Shown piece by piece: positions 16,777 through 20,706 of a DNA stretch of 20,706 bases. The notes under the pieces were generated by a model that saw only the letters and a list, made by a program, of their open reading frames with translations, did not search any database and was not told the origin of the DNA. The stretch is from Hormoscilla sp. (lineage in GTDB: Bacteria; Cyanobacteriota; Cyanobacteriia; Cyanobacteriales; Desertifilaceae): NCBI GenBank assembly GCA_051439505.1, contig JBFRWI010000128.1, forward strand, positions 1 to 20,706. Direction: 5' to 3'. Position 1 is the stretch's first letter. Each line of letters starts with the position of its first letter. The position numbers were made by a program, and so were the translations under genes.

Positions 16777-18704
16777 TAGATATTAATGCTGTTAGGGATT
16801 TGGGAAGGAAGCAGATAGGGATAGTCGAGACCAATTTCTTGGCTGCGTTGCTGATTGCGAGTTTGAATTTGGCTTTCAATTTCCTGGAGGTCGGCCTGAA
16901 ACTGTGCTAGAATCTGCCTGTCGCCCGCATCTACAAACTTAATGAGATCGGAACTCCCCAAACGACCCCAGCGAGTTGCACTGAGAAAAAAAGTTAATCT
17001 CATCTGCTCTAAATCATAATCTGGCGGGGGCAGCATCTCGTCCAGAGATCCCGCGACATCAGGTCTGGCGTAGGTAGCTGGCATATTTGGGACATAACCC
17101 ATGTAGTCAAACTGACTGAAATTGAGAGCAGCGTGCTGGGGACCACAGGTAAAGATAATCTGAGTGGCAATGTCAATTAATTCTTGCAACCTGGTGATTT
17201 TCTCTGGGAAATCTGGCACCCGGGAATAATGTGGTAGTGATTCGATCGACAGTCCCACTTCGGCAGCTATTTCTGAAGGGACCCAAGAGGGTGCTTGGGC
17301 AAATTCTGTCAGGGGTCGAGAATCTAGGGGTGCGCCTAATTCTGCTGCCCAAGCTTGTAGGTAAGGGTCTTGCCGCACTGCCTGGTCGTCCCGGTAGTAG
17401 CGTTGCAGGTAAGCCTCCGCATAGCGGGCGATCGCCTCCCACAGCAATTGGGCATCATCCCGATAGGGAAATTGGGGTAGAAATTCTGGTTCTATGCCCC
17501 GTCGTTTAATATTGTTAGGCAAAGAATAGTCTTCAAAGGGTCGTTTGCGGTAGGCCCGGTTGACAATATCCAGAGAAGTTTCTCTCGTCTGAGCCATTAG
17601 CTTGCCAATAGCGGCGTCTTCCCCCAAGAGAACTGGCTCCACGCGGCCATTAATTGCTAGCAGAAACTGGAAGTGAGGATGCAGTAACCGATAGAGGGGA
17701 TGATTGTCTGGCAACTGTCGGGGAGTGGCGATCGCAAATGCTTCCATAATCAGATGGGTGTAGCAGAGATGATCGATCAGTTCGTGGTGGATGATATCTG
17801 CTACCTGGACATATAGTTTAGCTCGCATCCAGTCATCTGCCGCACCCGACGGTGTAAACAGTTTCCCGGACGATTCTAACTGGATCGAAACCGGTTCCAG
17901 TCCGCTTTCTGAGCGGTAGAACAAAGCTTTGGGACTGCCTACGTATCGACCCGCCTGCAACTCCGTCGTTGTTATATTTTTCAATAGCGGGTATTCGACA
18001 ATAAAGAGGCGATCGCCTGCCGCTGCCTCCAATAGATCGATCCGCGCTCCTGTTGCCAGGGGATAGAGACCGTCAGACCAGCTCTGGAGCATAGTTTTAT
18101 CTGATTTTAACAGCTGGCGCAGCATCATCGGATTTGCTCCTGCGAGGCGCTGATTGGCAAATGCCCGATCGGTCAAACTCCCCTCCCTTTCATAAATCAA
18201 ACTTACTCGCGGTCGCTGTTTTCCTTTATCTTCAATTTCCTGGAAAAACCGCTGACGTTGGCGATCGGACTGTTCCGTTTGAGAGCACCCCTCTGCTGCC
18301 GCCATGGATGCCGCCTCACTACCTGCCTCCATTGCCGCTACCATTATTTGCCCTATTTTCCGACGCTCTACAGCATAGCTAGTATTGAACTGTTCTCCCG
18401 GAGGCAGGTCAAAGTTCAGCCACCCGGAATTGATGAATTCCCAATCTGCCAGCAATGTCGTTATTTTTACCCACCCCTGCTTGATACTTTTACGGATTTC
18501 CTCTAGTCCTGACAGCATCTGAATTAAAGGTTCTGAAACTTGACCTTTGTCTACCAAGTTATCCCGCATTTTGCTCGCAATATAGCGCAGGATACCATCT
18601 TCTCCCACCTGGGAAAATATCCGCGCCGGTCCCCCGGTTTTTATCCTGCTTGGATCGTAACGATAAATACCTTGTTGCTCTGTTGGCGGGTTATGGAAAG
18701 TCAT
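16776..18704 (-). CDS. lox: Lipoxygenase (non-heme iron)
   Basis: 642 aa. FANQRLAGANP, WMRAKLYVQVAD, HHELIDHLCYTHLIME, YRLLHPHF, FPYRDDA..LWEAI, QHAALNFSQ and C-terminal IPNSINI provide the full set of Fe ligands. Confidence 0.96.
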   Translation of the reverse strand: MTFHNPPTEQQGIYRYDPSRIKTGGPARIFSQVGEDGILRYIASKMRDNLVDKGQVSEPLIQMLSGLEEIRKSIKQGWVKITTLLADWEFINSGWLNFDLPPGEQFNTSYAVERRKIGQIMVAAMEAGSEAASMAAAEGCSQTEQSDRQRQRFFQEIEDKGKQRPRVSLIYEREGSLTDRAFANQRLAGANPMMLRQLLKSDKTMLQSWSDGLYPLATGARIDLLEAAAGDRLFIVEYPLLKNITTTELQAGRYVGSPKALFYRSESGLEPVSIQLESSGKLFTPSGAADDWMRAKLYVQVADIIHHELIDHLCYTHLIMEAFAIATPRQLPDNHPLYRLLHPHFQFLLAINGRVEPVLLGEDAAIGKLMAQTRETSLDIVNRAYRKRPFEDYSLPNNIKRRGIEPEFLPQFPYRDDAQLLWEAIARYAEAYLQRYYRDDQAVRQDPYLQAWAAELGAPLDSRPLTEFAQAPSWVPSEIAAEVGLSIESLPHYSRVPDFPEKITRLQELIDIATQIIFTCGPQHAALNFSQFDYMGYVPNMPATYARPDVAGSLDEMLPPPDYDLEQMRLTFFLSATRWGRLGSSDLIKFVDAGDRQILAQFQADLQEIESQIQTRNQQRSQEIGLDYPYLLPSQIPNSINI

Positions 18705-20500
18705 TATTTACTCCTACTTGACAAATTCAGAAATTCATGCAATGATACGCGCAGGAGTTCATAAGCTCCTGCTTTACCTAAATCCTCATACTGGCGATCG
18801 CTAAATCCAATTTTAGCAACTTCTTTGGAGTATCCCAAAACCAAGACTGTCTCCGGTGTGGGTTCTCTAACAGCCAATTGCTTCATTCGTCTGACCGCTT
18901 TTCTGGCTCGCAGATAGTATTTTACCCGCTGTTGGGTGTAAAATACCAAACTGGGTTTTTCAAAGCCAATCATAATCAACCTTTCTGCTGGCCGTCTCAC
19001 CTCGACTACTGTCTGGGCTAATTGGCGCAATGGCAGCTGACGCTGGCCGTCGATCAGGGAAAATATTGGTGTTACCACAAATATTATCATAGCAATAAAT
19101 GCCAACAGGTTTACTCCCCAAAGCCAAGTTATTCTGCGTGCCAATATAAATATTGTAGCAGCAGTTGCGGCTGAGGTCAAGAGCAAGACGGCCCTGATAA
19201 TTAACCCCGACTCCAGCAATGCTTGGGGAAAGTTGGGCATGGCCGGATCCTCTCCTAACCAGCGGGGACTATAGAGAAGCACCCCAGCAACAGCACAGGC
19301 AAACAAGACATTGGCGATCGCGCTCCACAACATGAGGGAGTTTTTCCCAGAATTATTATCACCATCTGGGTGACGAACTAGCTGCGATACTAGGATAGCA
19401 GCAGCAGGAATTAAGGGCAATACATAACTGGGAAGTTTGGTGACGGCGATGGTGAAGAAGCTAAAGATCGAGGCAAACCAGAACAGGGCAAACAGACTCA
19501 GCTGCTGGCAGCGGGGTTGATGACGCCACCACCGACGCTGCCAAAATCTCGTTTGCCCGATCGCCACTGGCAAGTAAAGGGACCAGGGGGCAAAACCGAC
19601 GAGTACCACTAGGAAGTAAAAGTACCAGGGGGCTGAATGCTTATTCACGACTGTGGTAAAGCGTTCTAGGTTATGATAGCCAAAGAAAGATTCCAGATAA
19701 TCCCCACCATGCACCCATGTTACCATCACATACCAAGGTAGGGCGATCGCCAGAAAGATCAATATCCCCCGCCGCAGCTGCATTTCCCCCAAGACTTCTC
19801 TTGCCTTACCCAGGTAAAGTAGAAAGCTAGCGATAACTAGCACTGGCAGCACAATTCCTACCGGTCCCTTGGCCAGTACGGCCAGGGCCGTCAGGAGGTA
19901 AAAAGTCAAATACCAACGTGCTTTTACCTGGGGTTTGCCCGCAGCATAGCCGAGAAAAAATGCTAGCAGCGCCGTTCCCATGCAGCTACTGAGTAGCATA
20001 TCAGAAACGCCACTCCTTCCCCATGCTATAGTATGGATATTAAAAGCAGTCATGGTGGCAGCAAACCCCGCCCATAACCAGACTTTCTGGGGCAGTAACC
20101 GGTCCTGGCTTTGCCATTGACTGATGACAATTAAGCTGTAGAAGCAAAAGCCCGTGAGGGCGATCGCCGCCAGGGCCGAGGGCAAGCGCACTGCCCATTC
20201 ATTGACACCGATTAATTTGTAAGCTATAGCTATTAGCCAGTAGATCAAGGGGGGCTTATCAAAGCGAGTTTTACCATTATAATAGGGAGTGATCCAATCA
20301 TCTGTCACTGTCATCTGGCGGGCAGCTTCGGCAAATAGGGGTTCGGTCTCGTCAACCAGACCGATACTGCCCAAATTCCGCAAGAATGCCAGCCAAGTTA
20401 CTAGAGATAAGCATAAAATAGACAGGGTCCAAGCAACTAGGGGATGCTTTGACCAATGCTGTAACCAGTACCTATAGTTCATCCAGTTTCTACTAATCAT
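18704..20500 (-). CDS. ArnT/PMT-like (GT83/GT39) integral-membrane glycosyltransferase
   Basis: 598 aa, many TM helices. LVDETEPLFAEAARQM..DDWITP, RFDKPPLIYWL, NEWAVRLPSA, LAVLAKGPVG, TKLPSYVLP. Confidence 0.92.
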   Translation of the reverse strand: MISRNWMNYRYWLQHWSKHPLVAWTLSILCLSLVTWLAFLRNLGSIGLVDETEPLFAEAARQMTVTDDWITPYYNGKTRFDKPPLIYWLIAIAYKLIGVNEWAVRLPSALAAIALTGFCFYSLIVISQWQSQDRLLPQKVWLWAGFAATMTAFNIHTIAWGRSGVSDMLLSSCMGTALLAFFLGYAAGKPQVKARWYLTFYLLTALAVLAKGPVGIVLPVLVIASFLLYLGKAREVLGEMQLRRGILIFLAIALPWYVMVTWVHGGDYLESFFGYHNLERFTTVVNKHSAPWYFYFLVVLVGFAPWSLYLPVAIGQTRFWQRRWWRHQPRCQQLSLFALFWFASIFSFFTIAVTKLPSYVLPLIPAAAILVSQLVRHPDGDNNSGKNSLMLWSAIANVLFACAVAGVLLYSPRWLGEDPAMPNFPQALLESGLIIRAVLLLTSAATAATIFILARRITWLWGVNLLAFIAMIIFVVTPIFSLIDGQRQLPLRQLAQTVVEVRRPAERLIMIGFEKPSLVFYTQQRVKYYLRARKAVRRMKQLAVREPTPETVLVLGYSKEVAKIGFSDRQYEDLGKAGAYELLRVSLHEFLNLSSRSK

Positions 20501-20527
20501 CAGTTCCTCATTTTACCCGCAATTAGC

Positions 20528-20706
20528 ATGACACAGAATACCCGCCTCAACATAATTATAGATGACGCTGGCCAGCAGTTGAACCGAGGATTGCGCAATC
20601 CCTGGCGGCGCTTATCCTTGCTGGTAATTAGTTTGCTGTTCGGTTTCCTACTGGCATCGGTGGTGTCTAGTTTCTCGGGACAGAGGTCTGAGCAGGATAT
20701 GGTGGT
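20528..20706 (+). CDS. ycf20: Ycf20 / DUF565 family membrane protein, 5' part (runs off the window)
   Basis: Translated by hand (not in the ORF track): MTQNTRLNIII...LRNPWRRLSLLVISLLFGFLLASVVSSFSGQRSEQD. QNTRL and NPWRRLS are characteristic of DUF565. Confidence 0.85.
   Translation, partial: MTQNTRLNIIIDDAGQQLNRGLRNPWRRLSLLVISLLFGFLLASVVSSFSGQRSEQDMV

Larger units (their letters stand above)
1..20167. repeat. HIP1 octamer GCGATCGC, dispersed
   Basis: At least 24 perfect copies counted by eye (e.g. 1, 1309, 2220, 3625, 5053, 7223, 9433, 13135, 15640, 17428, 20160), plus many one-mismatch variants. Confidence 0.95.

Overview
Cyanobacterial chromosomal DNA (at least 24 perfect HIP1 octamers GCGATCGC counted by eye; repeat-rich intergenic regions suggest a filamentous strain, by inference). 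Core-like genes: CesT/YbjN-like protein, tamB, DUF3110-murQ, a site-2 (M50) protease, a membrane-anchored PIN-like protein, a secreted VIT-vWA protein, an ArnT-like glycosyltransferase whose stop overlaps the start of a lipoxygenase, and the 5' part of ycf20. The most striking structure is a ~620-bp cassette (9646-10266). In it a four-helix-bundle (IVP/Avd-like) gene sits between arrays of one heptamer family, with a final inverted array whose perfect complement occurs only upstream of the gene. An ABC-type ATPase with no obvious canonical partner follows. Intergenic spaces hold two colinear 103-bp TA-bounded MITE-like copies, several GTAG-type REP-like palindromes, a 190-bp multi-branched palindromic element and an antitoxin-like orphan gene. 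No rRNA, tRNA, CRISPR array, transposase or reverse transcriptase was recognised. All family calls come from motif recognition by eye, not database searches.
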